DNA from: Glaucostegus cemiculus
Taxonomy: Eukaryota
Length of the DNA stretch: 64,000 bases
Direction: 5' to 3'
Assembly (NCBI GenBank): GCA_976551045.1
Contig: CDPCPM010000026.1
Coordinates: 21,700,001-21,764,000 of the forward strand
The notes beneath the pieces are model-generated. The model had not been told where the DNA came from. It saw only the letters and a program-made list of their open reading frames with translations, and made no database searches. Position numbers and translations under genes: made by a program. Positions 11,916-24,770 of this stretch are shown here, one piece after another. Position 1 is the first letter of the stretch, and each line of letters starts with the position of its first letter.

Positions 11916-14900
11916 AAAGATATGTATTTGCCCTAAACTTAGGATTAATTCATTAAATTTTAGCCACTCCACATTTACTATCATATCTTTGAATATAGTT
12001 TCCCAATCTACCATAACAAACTTATGCCTTTGTAGTCTGCTTCATTGGGATTTAAGACTGAACTAAATCAATGTCCTTTCTTTAATATTCCATCATATTA
12101 CGATCACTCTTCCCTAAGGGCTTAACTATAACATTACGAATGACATTTTCTCATTAGGCAGAGTAAGCAAAAAGCAGCTTTTACTGGCCTTCACCTTCAG
12201 TACCAAAAGCAGTCTTTTTGAAAGGCAGGAGTTGGCTAGATATGAGAGTAAATACTTGAGCCTGTTCCCTGATTGGTTCCTCAACATATTGATCTAGAAA
12301 ACCATCCCTTATGCAGCAATGAATTTGTCCTCCACACTGTTATTGCTAATTGTTTGCCCAATCTATATTTGGATTGAAATCATTAATAATTATTGTATTA
12401 CCCTTGTCACATGTGCCTCTAATTTCCTGACTTAGACTGCACTCTGCATTACTACTTGTGTTTGGGGACCTATAAACAATTCCCACCAATGCTTTTAGCT
12501 CCTTGCTGTTTCTTGGTGACACCTACACTCACCTACACCTATACTCCTTTCTCTTTACTACCTTTCTCCCATCCTTTATTATTGAGATACCCACCTTCAT
12601 TTCCATTTGACGTTCTAACAGTATTCTGAAATATTTACTTTCTAATGTTGATCACTTTGCAAGCACATCTCTGCAACTGCTATCAGATCATACCCATGTA
12701 TTTCCACTGTGCCACTAATTCATCTATCTTGTTCTGAATGCTGCTTGAAATCAAATAAAGAACCTTTAATTTGCATTCTTACCATTTTTCTTCCTCTGAC
12801 TCCATTCTTGAATAATCTAAGTTTATCTTAACTGCTAAAGTGACATTTTTGCTGTGCTAACCTCATTCAGTCTTATTTATTTAGCAGCCTTAGGGTTAAA
12901 TAGTCTGAGTGCAAAAAGTTTGCATGACAAAACTAATTTCAGTTAATGATACTGTAAACATTTTAATAAGAAACACAACAAGAACCATGATCCTTCCACC
13001 TACAAAACTGTAAAATCATGTAAATTCAAATGTTAACTAATGTAACCTTTAAAAAAAATTAACACACTGAAGTTGTTCATTTAAAATGAAAATTATTCAT
13101 TTTCCCATGCATTTCTGTTCTACGTACGATGATGGAATATTGAGCCTTTTAACAGGTCTGGTAGTTAAAAGTCAATCCAGGTGGAATTCAAGAGGACTAA
13201 TACTCCTCTAGGTACTGAATCAGACTACCAGTAAAAGCTGCTCATCACTTACTCTGCACAAGTGATACAACAGGTTTTATTGCTGCTCTTAGCTCCAGTG
13301 AAATGGATCTGAATTTTGAAGAAACAAAATTATAGTATTTCTACTAAACTAAAAGAAAATGCTCAACAATGGATTTAGTAGAAAGGCTCTGATGAACAGT
13401 AAATCGCTGCTACTAGAAACAAGATTTTTACATCATTTCAGACAGTTCCCAAATCACCATGTAAAACTAGTCTCCTAACCTGCTGGATACAATAGGTCAG
13501 ATACTGCCACTGTATTCAAGTAAATAAGGCTAATGGGGGGAACATTATAAAAATATTTAAAGTAATAAAACTTGCTGTAATGACAACTGGAAGATCCTCT
13601 CAAGTCTTACTTATCACTACTTTCGGAATAACTTTATTTTATGTCACTCAAGCTACAGGGAGCCACAAAAAGATGGTGAGAAGATAACCTGATGCCAGGT
13701 CTTGGGCCATGCAGGTTACAGAAGCAACTTCTGAAAGTTAAAATTTGCAGGTAATTTGAGCCCTGCCCTTGTTTGCCGTCAGAGCAAACATCCCACTCTG
13801 TCCTACTGCTATCTGAGAAGGCTAGACTGACTGCAGGAGCCTACCCTGTGAAAAATTTTGTTCTAATCATTCACCAACAGAGCAGAGTTACATTGAGACA
13901 CAGTGGGCTGGATTTTCATTTTAAAAATTGCAATTATTAAAAATTATCGCAGATCCATAAAATATGCTTTTCTGGTCTCAGATGAAACCTATCTGGAAGT
14001 AAAAGAAAGTAAAAATAGCAAAATTATTTTAAATTGTGAGTGTTGCTTTTCTTCTCCAGCAAGGTGCAGTACCTTGTAGTGACAAAAGCCAGCAGCTACA
14101 TTTCCTGAAATGAATGTGAATGATTCAGAAGATCAAGTTGAAGGACTGCAGTTCACCAGAGTGAGACTGCCTGAATAAAGCAGATCTGAGTCCTTTGAAG
14201 CCCACTGATTTAGCTTTGTGGCCTCTAACCAGTTTGTCCCTGGGGGCTTAGTTCTGATCTGCGAGCTGCCTGCTCTGCCACACTCATCTCGGGTGACCAG
14301 GTTTCCTGCATTTTTCCGGCCTTGACTCTAAAAGCCATTCATTAAAGGGATCCAATTCCATGCACACCGAAGAAAATAATGTCTTGTATCATCTTAATGG
14401 GGAATAATTATAAGGTATATATTCACAATAAGGTAGACCAGAGGCAAGAAAAAAAACACACACACAGGGGAAGGAACAAAGAGGCCTATAATTATCAGTC
14501 TATTTTTCCCAATATAATAGATTGCAGCATTTGGTTACCTGCATGGGATTAAAAGTCACCCTCTTTCTTTATGTTTTTTGTTATACTATATTGTCAGAGT
14601 GCTGCATTGGCTTCAGTTACACACAAAGGTCCTTCCCTAATAGAAATAAACAAAAAGGAAACTGAAAGCCAAGCACAGTATCCTGTAGTTAACACCTTCA
14701 CAATACTGGGTTTATCACCTGCTCAACTGTAAATTTGTACAGCAAGGTCTCAATACACAACTTATCAGCCAAATATTTCTTGAGGTATCTTATTACATGG
14801 TGCCAAAGGTCACAATTGTTGGTTAGTTTAAAAGCTTATTTGCAGCTGAAGTAGGACAGAACCATCAGTACAAGTTGGCGTGCACTTTCACAAAGGCAAT

Positions 14901-16009
14901 ACTGTCTACGCTCCTGTCAAGATCCTGGCTCTTTATTGCACTTGGTATAGTTCGACTCATGGTTTATCAATGATTCACAAATATTTTTCATAGTTTCTTA
15001 CATTAATGCCAAAAGACACTTAGAAAAAATGGCAGATTACTGCAGAGTGATTATAGTCCAATTTTTCTTGTACTCTGTTTTCACTTGATTCAGTCCAAAG
15101 GACCAGAAGTTGGTGGTGGGCTGATAATGCTATTAAAATTTTGATATATTTTCCCAATATGTCTGTATCTTCACTTTGCACAGGATACATTGTCCTAATA
15201 AACACTGGCTAAATGATGCAATACAGCAGCCAGTTCATCCAGGATGCAATGAAATCCCTGGAGTGGCTTGAAAAGTGAAGTCTCACTGTACTGGAAGAAT
15301 ATTTTCCTTTACAAAACAAATAGCATATGACTGAGAATGAAAACTCTAATATGACTAATAGCACTAGAAGTGACTAAATTTGGAATGTGGTTTGGCACCT
15401 TTCTGCATTAGACAAGGTATGGGATGGAAAAAATCAAATAGAAAAATCAGTCACCTCATTTTCTTGGCTGTGTTTGAACTACAGACTGCTATCAGGTTGA
15501 ATTAATTGTGTACTGGACAACAAAAATTGTACAGAATTTAACGCAATCTGATGGCAAAGTGCATTAAAAATGATCCCAACTCACTTAGATAAGAACAATT
15601 TCACAAGCAAGCAAACAGTACTCAGTTGGACACTTATGTATAAAACCTTCAACTAAAAAAAATTAAGTAACGCAGAAACAAAGGTAAGTGACACTAGAAT
15701 ATAGAAAAGGAACCACCAGAACCAATCCACTCTGTAGGGAGACCTTAGACAATACTCACAGTTTAAGGATGAAGTAGACTGAAGATTACCAAGGATATAA
15801 AGGATTTTAAAATGATTAAACATGCCTAAAACTTCTGCAGTAAACTATACCACTGCATCATGCACTATATGGAGCCTTCAACTAATGGAAAAGTTGTAGA
15901 TATGCTGTATGACTTTGCTATTAAATGGACACTTACGAATGTCCTAGAGATTAAGTTTATATACAAGTTCTATTTCAAGTTAAGACCAAAGTAGGCCACT
16001 TAGTCCTTT

Positions 16010-16110
16010 ACATGTGGGAGGAAAGGGTTAGATAGTGAGGTGTGGTTTGATGGGATGGCACAACATGGTGGGCCGAAGGGCCTGTATTGTGCTGCATTGT
16101 TCTATGTTCT
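16010..16110 (+). mobile_element. CR1 3' terminal fragment
   Basis: GGCACAACATGGTGGGCCGAAGGGCCTGTATTGTGCTGCATTGTTCTATGTTCT. Confidence 0.85.
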
Positions 16111-16817
16111 TTATGCACATTAAAAAGAATCATTTCACTGCCTAACACAGACACAATGAGTTAACCTGTGGTCTTACACTAACCTTACCTTCGATTTGAC
16201 TCAGCTAGGGTCCCTCTCTGAATTCATAGTAGATGTGGAGGAGATTTCAGTTGCCAGGTCCTACATTTCAAGTCTCAATGCTGCAAAAAAGTACTTGGAT
16301 CAGGAAGAGCCCCAGAATAGATTTTTAACTGATCATACCATGAAGAAGAGTTTCCAAAGTCAGCCCATATTTACTAGTTCAGTTTTGCCATTTGTTAAAG
16401 AATGTAGTGCCAAATAGGAGGCAGATAGTGTCTTAAAAACCATTCAATTAAATATCAGAGTTCAATTAAATCAGCTTCCACATAGAGCAATTATTTACAA
16501 AGGGGCTTTTTCCACATACACCAGATTCAATGCATGACTATAATTGTCTTATGAAGGCATTAAAAGTCCATGTTTGTTAGATACATTGATCAGTTCCCAT
16601 TCTTCCTCTGTATAGGAAAAGTTTGATTCTGCTTATGGGTGCAGCCTCTCTTTTATTTAAAATGCAATCATACAATTTAAAAGGCACTCTAATTATCTAC
16701 TGGTATTCTGTTTAAACAGATGGAAATCCACATCAGCTTTCTAAAGTATGAAGGATGGGACACATGGAGATATAATAACACTGAAAAAGGACTCCAAAGG
16801 CCAAGTATATATAAAAC

Positions 16818-17445
16818 ATTTTTTTTAAATTCATAGAACATGGTCAAAACTGACAAGGCTGGAACAGACTGCTATCACTAACTGGCCTTGAGATGGTGAT
16901 GGTTGCTCTTGAATTGCTGCAGTAGCTGTGGTGTGGTTATTCCAACAGTGCTGCAGTGTAGTTAGTCTGAGCATTTTATCCAATGACAAAGAAGGAGCAG
17001 TGATAAGTACCCAGGCCAGGGTGGTGTGTAACTTGAAGGGGAATCTGCAGATTGTGGCATCCTGTGACTTGCCTCTCTAATTGGGAGAGGTCATAGGACA
17101 GACTTCCTGTCAAAAATCCCTTGGCGAGTTTTGCTCACCAAAAGTGGAAAGCACACTTTGCTCACATGGTGCACAATTCATGGAGGGAGTGAACTTCAGT
17201 TAATGGTTTGAATGACAACAAAGTGGGCTGCTTCATCCAGGTATTTTTTGTGTATCTTTGGAATTGCCCTCATCCAGCCAAAGAGAAAGTACTCCATCAC
17301 ACTCCTGACTTGTACCTTGCAGATGGTGGACTGGCTTTGAGGAGCCAAAAAGACAGGTAATTTACCACAGAATATTTTACCTCTGTCCTGACTCCTGCAG
17401 CTACGATATTTAAGAGACTAGTCTAGTTAGGATGCTCAACAAAGA
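16818..17445 (-). mobile_element. 3' part of an L2/CR1-group LINE (YKAQVRSVMEY-type family)
   Basis: Minus strand encodes STICKVQVRSVMEY (~17290-17330); its 3' UTR is complementary to the copy at 17705-17991; poly-T at 16818. Confidence 0.8.
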
Positions 17446-17704
17446 GTCAGGAAAGGGTATCAATGGAAATATTGGGTTGGGCAAGAAGAAGGTGTAATTA
17501 GGCACAGATGTCAGAACGTAATGCTGAATGAGCTTTTATATTGATCAGTTAATGGAAATTGTTTTGTTGTACTTTCCTTAAAGTTTCTAATTTGTAGGAA
17601 TAGTACTTAAGTGAGTAAGATCCCCTAAGCAGCAAGTGCCACACAGGTTATTATATGAAATATTAATTCCTTCCATCATTGCAATATGTACTAACTATTT
17701 TCCA

Positions 17705-17991
17705 CAGTTTCTCTGACAGCACCTCCTCAACCTGCAACCTCACCACCTAGAAGGACAAGGGCGGCAGATGCATGGGAACACCACCTGCAAGTTCCCCTTC
17801 CTGACATGGAAATATATTACCTTCCTGCTATTGTTGTTGGGTTTGAATCTTTGAATACTGGAACTCTCTACCAATAGCACTGTGGGAATATCTTCACCAC
17901 AAGGACTGCTGACCATCTCAAGGGTAATTAGAGATGGCCAATATATTCTCTTTGTGAGGGATGCCCACATTCTATGAATGAATACAAGAAA
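17705..17991 (+). mobile_element. 3' end of the same L2/CR1-group LINE family
   Basis: ACAGCACCTCC...CCACCTAGAAGGACAAGGGCGGCAG...CTCAAGGGTAATTAGAGATGG...GATGCCCACATTCTATGAATGAATACAAGAAA. Confidence 0.85.
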
Positions 17992-18084
17992 TCATAATCT
18001 CCGGAGTTTAGTGATTGCAACTTGGGAGCCAGAGAGGAATTTCCACAGTTTATCTTAAATTTTCAAACATTTATCTATTTTTAT

Positions 18085-18101
18085 TAAGAGAGAGAGAGAG
18101 A
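18085..18101. repeat. (AG)8 microsatellite
   Basis: Directly visible. Confidence 0.9.
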
Positions 18102-18219
18102 ACACACAGTATGAGCAGGTTGTACCATGACATAGTGTACGACTAAGCTGAAAAGATGGCTTCTTTTCTGTCTTCTTCACCTCGTGTTACTAATTATAAT
18201 ATCCTTGCTTAAAAGTTTA

Positions 18220-18375
18220 AAAAAAGCTGCAGATGTTGGTGATCTGAAATTAAGAACAGAAAATGGTGGAAATACTCAGCTGTTCAGGCAGCACCTGTGC
18301 AGAGAGAGAAAAAGAATTAATGTTTCAGGTTGATGACCTTTCATCAATGCTCTATTCCAGCATTTTTTGTTCTTA
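18220..18375. mobile_element. Penelope pseudo-LTR-like fold-back element with decayed hammerhead motif on the minus strand
   Basis: CTGCAGATGTTGG...AACAGAAAATGGTGGAAATACTCAGC...TGTTTCAGGTTGATGACCTTTCATCA, then a short inverted arm TATTCCAGCATTTTTTGTTCTTA. Confidence 0.8.
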
Positions 18376-19028
18376 TCCCTGCCTTGACGTTGGATTTTAC
18401 CCACAGGTGCACTAAATGGATGCTCTTTAAAATAAAAATTGCGTGATTGGGACAACCTCACTTTAAGAAATCACTCTTGTGGTTTTCACCAATTTGAAGG
18501 CATTAGGAGGCAGCCTGCATGCTCACACACAACAGCTACTGCCTGAACTCCAGGTTGCCGTCTCATTTGCACACTGCCTGACGGGAAGTGAGTCGATACT
18601 GCTGGTGAACTCTCCAGGGTAGTCACACAGGCTGTTATGGCAATGAGGGAAAGCAGGGTGAGGGGAGGGGAGGCCAGAAAAATGATGGGGGAATGGTGGA
18701 CAACAAGGCAAGAATCAGGACTGATAGGAGCTCAACAGTGCAGTTTAATGGGTATGAGACCTATCGGGCATTCTGCCAGGATCCAGCCACTACCACAGAA
18801 TTCAACATGACCACAGGCTGTACTATCTAATTCACAAGTGCTGTGAGCTTTGTTCATGCTGCCTGCCTGCAAAAGGCAGCACCTTAAAATCAACACTGGG
18901 GAGTCAGTGAAAATAAAAGCGGTCCAGCAGGGACTGTTTAGATCATGCAGGGTTCCCAACTTGCTGCATGTTGTGCTCCCTGTTCAATAACAAGTAAACA
19001 ACAAAGGTTGTGCACCTTCAGACTGAAC

Positions 19029-19346
19029 TACAACAGTCCTCAGGTTACATAAAGGTGCTGTCCCTAAGAACTGTCCATAAGCCAATTTTTCCACGTCAGA
19101 AATATCTGTTTTCTATAGCTACCACATTGTATCACACACTTGGTATAATTTAATTTAATAATTACCCTAACACTACCCATAATTAAACTAATGGAAGGTA
19201 TACAGCATTCAGTCATTAATGAATGCCATGAAACATTTTATTATTATTATTGCTAGTTTGGAAAATGCTTAAAAAGTATATGAGGGAATTTGCATAAAGT
19301 CAGACTTTCATAAGCCAGGTCATTCATAACCTGGGGAGCCCTTGTA
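19029..19346. mobile_element. Tc1/mariner (Tigger-like) MITE
   Basis: Imperfect TIRs: TACAACAGTCCTCAGGTTA at left versus TAACCTGGGGAGCCCTTGTA at right (rc TACAAGGGCTCCCCAGGTTA); TA at both ends; AT-rich interior. Confidence 0.7.
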
Positions 19347-21198
19347 CTGTTGGTAAATCAGAAACACATGCTGGTCACATTGATAACATCAACCCGAGCA
19401 CCAGATATGACAGAAAAATGATCCCATTACTGACCTGTTCATTCTACAACATATAAAAGAAACACACTTGGAAAAGGTAAACTAACTTAACGGATGGTAA
19501 ATATTGCTCAACTTTGTAAATGCTAAAGCCTTTTAAGTACAATTTACACAAAAATGTACAATGAATATGACAGACTCATGAAATAAACTAAATGGCACCT
19601 AATGCAACATTATCTCTCAATTTCTTTCTGTAGCCAATACAAGGTTAATAATGGTTCAATGCCAACATCTAGGGAAATACTTCTGATACCAATTTGCCAA
19701 GTAGTTAAATTCAGCTTGTTAGAAAAAAAGTGCTGGAAATGACAGCAGGATGCTCAAAAAAATCCAAATAAAGATGGCTACTGAACAAAGCCAAATGATG
19801 CATCACCTGATTACAAACAATTCACTGGTTGAGAGATACCCAGCATTGTTCATATGAAACCAATATGAAATGACAAGTTTAAAACTGATAATATATCACA
19901 AGTTTAAAAATATTTCATGTAATCAAACCAGCAACTGACTTTTCTAAGGAACAAAATACTTTGATTTAATGCTAGAATGATATTGTGTTTTAACCAACAC
20001 TATTAAACAAGTTTCTTGTTAAAATTAACTTTATTATTTCAGAAGTTCTCATTAATCTACAAAATATTCAACAGATACCCATGTCATTTCTACTGTAGAT
20101 AGGACTTATTTAGCCAATATACTTGTTCAATTTACTTTAACAAATGTGGTCAGACTGTAAATCATCATTGTACTTACATTTTAATGAGCAATGAATATTA
20201 ATGAATTACAGTTATCCCACACCAGAAAGGAACTTCTGAAGACTACTTCAGAAGCTGTATTAGTTCCACAGGATTCCTATAACAATCAAGGTTTGCCAGT
20301 GAGGGATGATTAAACACTATGCTGAGAAATTGTTTACACTCTCTATTAGCACATTCAGTAGGTGCTCCATTATGTCCAAGCACCAAATTAGGGGTCACAA
20401 AAAGACCCCTGTAAAATTGGAACATCCTTGCTTTAAAAGACCACTTTTGTTTTTTTCTCTCATTTGGAGGTGTTGAAAGGTGACCTGAACACATGAAGCC
20501 AGCAGATGTCTGCAGGCCTTGCTGTTGCCATGTCATCTGCAAGCTGCCTGCTGGGGAGTCATTTAGCTCAGTAAAATTTCACAGCATCAAGGCTGCTGTG
20601 GAGATGAGGGAAGGTGGGGTATCTGGGGGGAAGGGACAAAATTAGGAGGGGATGGAGAAAACAGAAAAGGTGGGAAAATCAATGGAAGGGGCAAACTGGG
20701 AGTGGGGAAGAATGCCAAACTGGACTCCTGATAAGATCTCCAGCCCCATGCTACGGAGTGACCCAGTCGTTACCTGTGCTAATCATCAAAGGCATATGGT
20801 GCAGCAACTTGCACTGAAGTTCACAGTACAACAATGTCGCGATTTTACTCAGTGCTGCCTCTATGCATAAGGACAGCACCTGAAAATGAATACATGGGAG
20901 TCAGAGAATGTAAAGTCAGTGTCCCAGTGAGTGAAATGCAAAGGAGAAACCACACCTGAAATTGGTGAATTGTGATCCAACGTGCCCAGTCCAATTTCTC
21001 AATGGACGTGACTTCAACAAGATTAGCTCATAAACATTTTCAAACATGCACAAAACAATTCTCATGCTTTATTTACACATAGAAATCAGGCACTAATAGG
21101 TCCAAGTTCTTGACTCTAAGTAACATGTCAACATCAGAACAAGCAAGTTGAATAAATAGGTAAAAAGATCAAAACACAGATTGATAGATAGCTAGAGT

Positions 21199-21221
21199 GA
21201 CAGACAGACAGACAGACGTGT

Positions 21222-21270
<49 letters not shown>
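21199..21270. repeat. Compound (GACA)n + (CA)24 microsatellite
   Basis: Directly visible. Confidence 0.97.
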
Positions 21271-21276
<6 letters not shown>

Positions 21277-24200
21277 ACCAGGCGCTGACACTGAGTACAC
21301 CAAGACATTTTAAAGTTTCATTTGTATTTTCCATTTATCAGTCGATTATGGACTGGTTTCTGTGTTAAACTGTCAGATGAGATGGGCCCCAGGCTTATTT
21401 CATTTACTATTTAGAGCTGAGCAATCACCTGAATGGAAGTGGCTCTCTGCCTATCCTTTGTTTGCCCTAGGCCCATTTCCCTTTGCCAATGTTTGTTGCA
21501 CCTGAGTACTTGTAACCTGTACCACAGACTAAAATAGGATTTGGCATAGAGCCTACTTCAGTGCAGCACATGACTCAGGAAGTCTTTTCCTGTACCTTTG
21601 TACAGAAATAACTCTGAGGAATGTGAGAAACCCTTTGGATGTTTTGAAAATGTATTCAATGGGTTAGCAAAAGCACTTCCAGTAGTACTAAGACCTCGAC
21701 TTTTTGTGTCAGACTAGAGTATAAATACCAGCTCCTCACCACCTACTCTAACTTCCGCAACTTCCAACCCATAAAGAAGAGGCAAGGTAATTTCATTTTA
21801 AGATACACAGCTTATTTAATATTTTTGAATTGGACACAGGGATTCAAACCCTAAAAATGAATATATTATAAAGCACAATAAGTGAGTAACAGTACATGGG
21901 GCAGCAATGACAGACGGAGAGTCGCGTGCAACATTAAAGCAGGACAGATCTGCCCTCTCTTCATGAAGTGACTGAATCATGGTTGACTTACAAGAACAGT
22001 TGTTTATGTTACTTTGGTCCAGCAGTAAATCCAGAGAGAAAGAAAGACATACTAGGCTGGTGCCACAATGCAGGGTTGGCAACAAGCTGTACAAATTGGC
22101 TGCAAAATTCATACATTTTGGAGGCCAAAATATGTGACTGCACTTCTATGGCAGAAAATCTAAATGACTATTTCACTGGCCAACCTCAGATCAGTAGCCT
22201 GTGAGAAATGGGTACAAAAGATCTAGTTCTGTTCTTCAACAGTATAACAAAAGTTTACACTGCAATAATACATATATCACATTATAATAATTTCTACTTC
22301 ATTTGATGGACTTTCTGCTCAAGTTACAAAAGTGGGGAATAAATGGTCTTTCACAGGTTAAAAATAGATCTTTTTCCACTGAAAAACAAGTCTCCTGTGT
22401 AAATACAAAGATTGGTTTCGGGAAATCATATGAGGGAAACTGTGGCCAACCTTCTTGCAATTCTAGCTGATAGGATTGTAAATCCTATATGGTGAATGAA
22501 AAGGAGAACTTTTAGGCTCCTTCAGGTTGTCTGAGGCTGAAGTGAAAGTTTTTCAGCAGATTAACCACATGGCCATTGGTTGCTCTGTGGATCGGCATGT
22601 TCACCATGAGCCCAGTTCCACTTCCTTATTTCTTTGCTTTCCTCTTATGTTGTGTTCTTTGCCACAAACCAGAAACACAGGCCTAGAAATATACTAGTTC
22701 ACAAGAAAACTGCTGTGATTTTGAAAGGTATTATTTTCTGTGTTCAAAAACTGAATTTCCACATCTTTACTTAAAGAGAGAAAGATAAAATTAGGAAGTT
22801 ATGCAAAAGACAATGAGAGAACTAGGCAGATCCTGATGGGGAAAAAAATTCAGGAGATTTTTGGTCAATATCATATAGTATGTGAAATTCTTCGATGGGA
22901 CATAATATTGTTAAGTCATTTGATGGGACATAACACTATTGCTTGAGCTACTGATGCTCATAACTGCACAGTTTAAAGGGCATAATTTGAAATGTGTTAT
23001 AATAAAGATCAACCCAATATATCAAGGTGCGATGCTGGCCATCAATACCTTAAGCTAACGTCTATGTATTTTGTTTATCAGTTTCACAGGCCATGTAAGA
23101 TATTATCTTTCCTTCCCTCAAACAACCTCTCCAACTCTTGCTAAGCACTACCCCTAGTACAAGGGAACTTATTGTCCTACTAACAGCATTCCAGTAATTT
23201 TGTAGCTTCCCTGCTTGTACATACAATATAAAAGTCAGAAATAAAGCAAGGAATGCAGATACATTTTGGTTTAAATTGCAGCAAAGTACTATAATTCTCA
23301 CTAATGCATCAGCATCTCTGCAATCAGATGTACACTGACAGTGAATGGGTAATCACATACGGTAAATACTTTTAAAGTTAAACTCAACCAAAATTCTTCC
23401 TCCTTCACAACAATGCTTTTGAGAAGCTCCCATCTACAATTGATACCTTCACTATTTTCTATACCAAAGCCACTTCCCCATTAAAACTGGTTTCCTAGAA
23501 GAAAAGTTACATTGGTTTCACCTGTAATTAACCAAGTAATGAGTTTACCTGGAATAACTCTAGGCAATTGCCCAGCCTTTGCTTTGTCTCAAAATGAGCA
23601 AATGCAATTCTGTGTTCTGCTTGTGAATGGATGATGCAGGCTTGGTCAAGATACCTTGTTACATAACCTATCTTGTTTTTTTACTCTTGGGACCAAGGCT
23701 AGGTGGTCTTCCTTAGAAGATCTCTGTGACAGGTTTTACGATACAAATTAGAGCTCTGATAAAGCCAATTCCCCTATGCCAAATAAAAGTTGACCTTGCC
23801 ATGGTTTTGATGCAATTGAGGGTGAAAGTGCATTAAAGCAATTAGACCCAAAATTTGATCCTCTTATAGTTGGAGTTCAGTGGGTACCCATGAAGTAGAA
23901 TCTGGTTTCAGAAGTCTGAAGATTCATCAGCTTTAAATCTGTCACTGATTGGAGTTCTTCAACCTGGCACAGATTAGAGCCAACTATCTACTGTGGCCTG
24001 TAATGCCAATAGCTCTCAGGCTAAGCTTACAAAACATCTATACAAACTTATATTCAAAACTAAAATTTGCTTGTCATGCATCCTCAAAGTAATTTAAACC
24101 TCAGAAAACTTGATTTTTAACAAGCAGAAAATATCAAGAGAGGTTGGAAAAATCTACCTGATATCTAAAGAAAGTAAATCTAATACAGCAGACAGTGAGC

Positions 24201-24364
24201 AGGCCTGAATGTGTACCATACATGCAACAGGGTTAATAGGAACTAATTATTGAACTGAAACAATCTATTCAAGAAAAGGGTTTTACCCTTTCACAGGAAT
24301 TAAATTACTATTGCATAACATTTGTGTCAAACAATAAAAAAAATGGTATGCTTCATTACCAAAA

Positions 24365-24770
24365 TAGTAGCAGAAAACACTTGAGATACTCAGCAGCCCA
24401 GGCGGCATCTATGTAGGGAGAAACAGAGTTAATGTTTCAGATCGAAAACATTAACTAAGTTAGAGAGAGAACAAGCTTTTAAGATACAGGGCAGGGAAAG
24501 GGAGGAAAGAACAAAGGGGAAGGGGTGTAACAGGGTTTAAGACAGGAAAAATTAAGTAATAAAAGGGAAGACCATCTTCTGCTTTGCACACTATCTCTCC
24601 CACCTTCAATTTTTTTCTTTCCACCTCCTTTTGCTGTGTCTTAAAAGGTTGAAACAGTATTTCTCTAACTTTTCAGGTTCTGATGGAAGGTCACAGATCT
24701 GAAACTATTTCTTACTTCACAGTTCCTGCCTGACCTGCAAAGTACTTCCAATACATTCTGCATATTTCAG
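24365..24770. mobile_element. ~400-bp fold-back Penelope pseudo-LTR-like element
   Basis: Left arm ATACTCAGCAGCCCAGGCGGCATCT...AAACAGAGTTAATGTTTCAG; right arm TTCTGATGGAAGGTCACAGATCTGAAAC...CTGCCTGACCTGC; a purine-rich left interior mirrors a pyrimidine-rich right interior. Confidence 0.8.

Larger units (their letters stand above)
10530..12780 (-). mobile_element. CR1 LINE ORF2 remnant (EN through RT), internally deleted, carrying nested insertions
   Basis: Minus strand shows an EN start KVLYLISSSI (~12770), GPLQIE...EKAEKLNKYFVSFF (ORF 11298-11531), KVPADWNL/PLFKKG (~11200), GVLQESALRP (~10715-10740) and a degenerate KFVDK (~10650). Confidence 0.92.

Noticed and set aside
13338-13420. 11-bp inverted repeat followed by CTGATGA...GAAA resembling a hammerhead
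   Set aside because: Stem II does not close directly on the core and no stem I/III pairing is present
14040-14180. Plus-strand acceptor followed by an acidic peptide-like stretch
   Set aside because: Stops in all frames from the acceptor and no good donor; opposite to the inferred host strand
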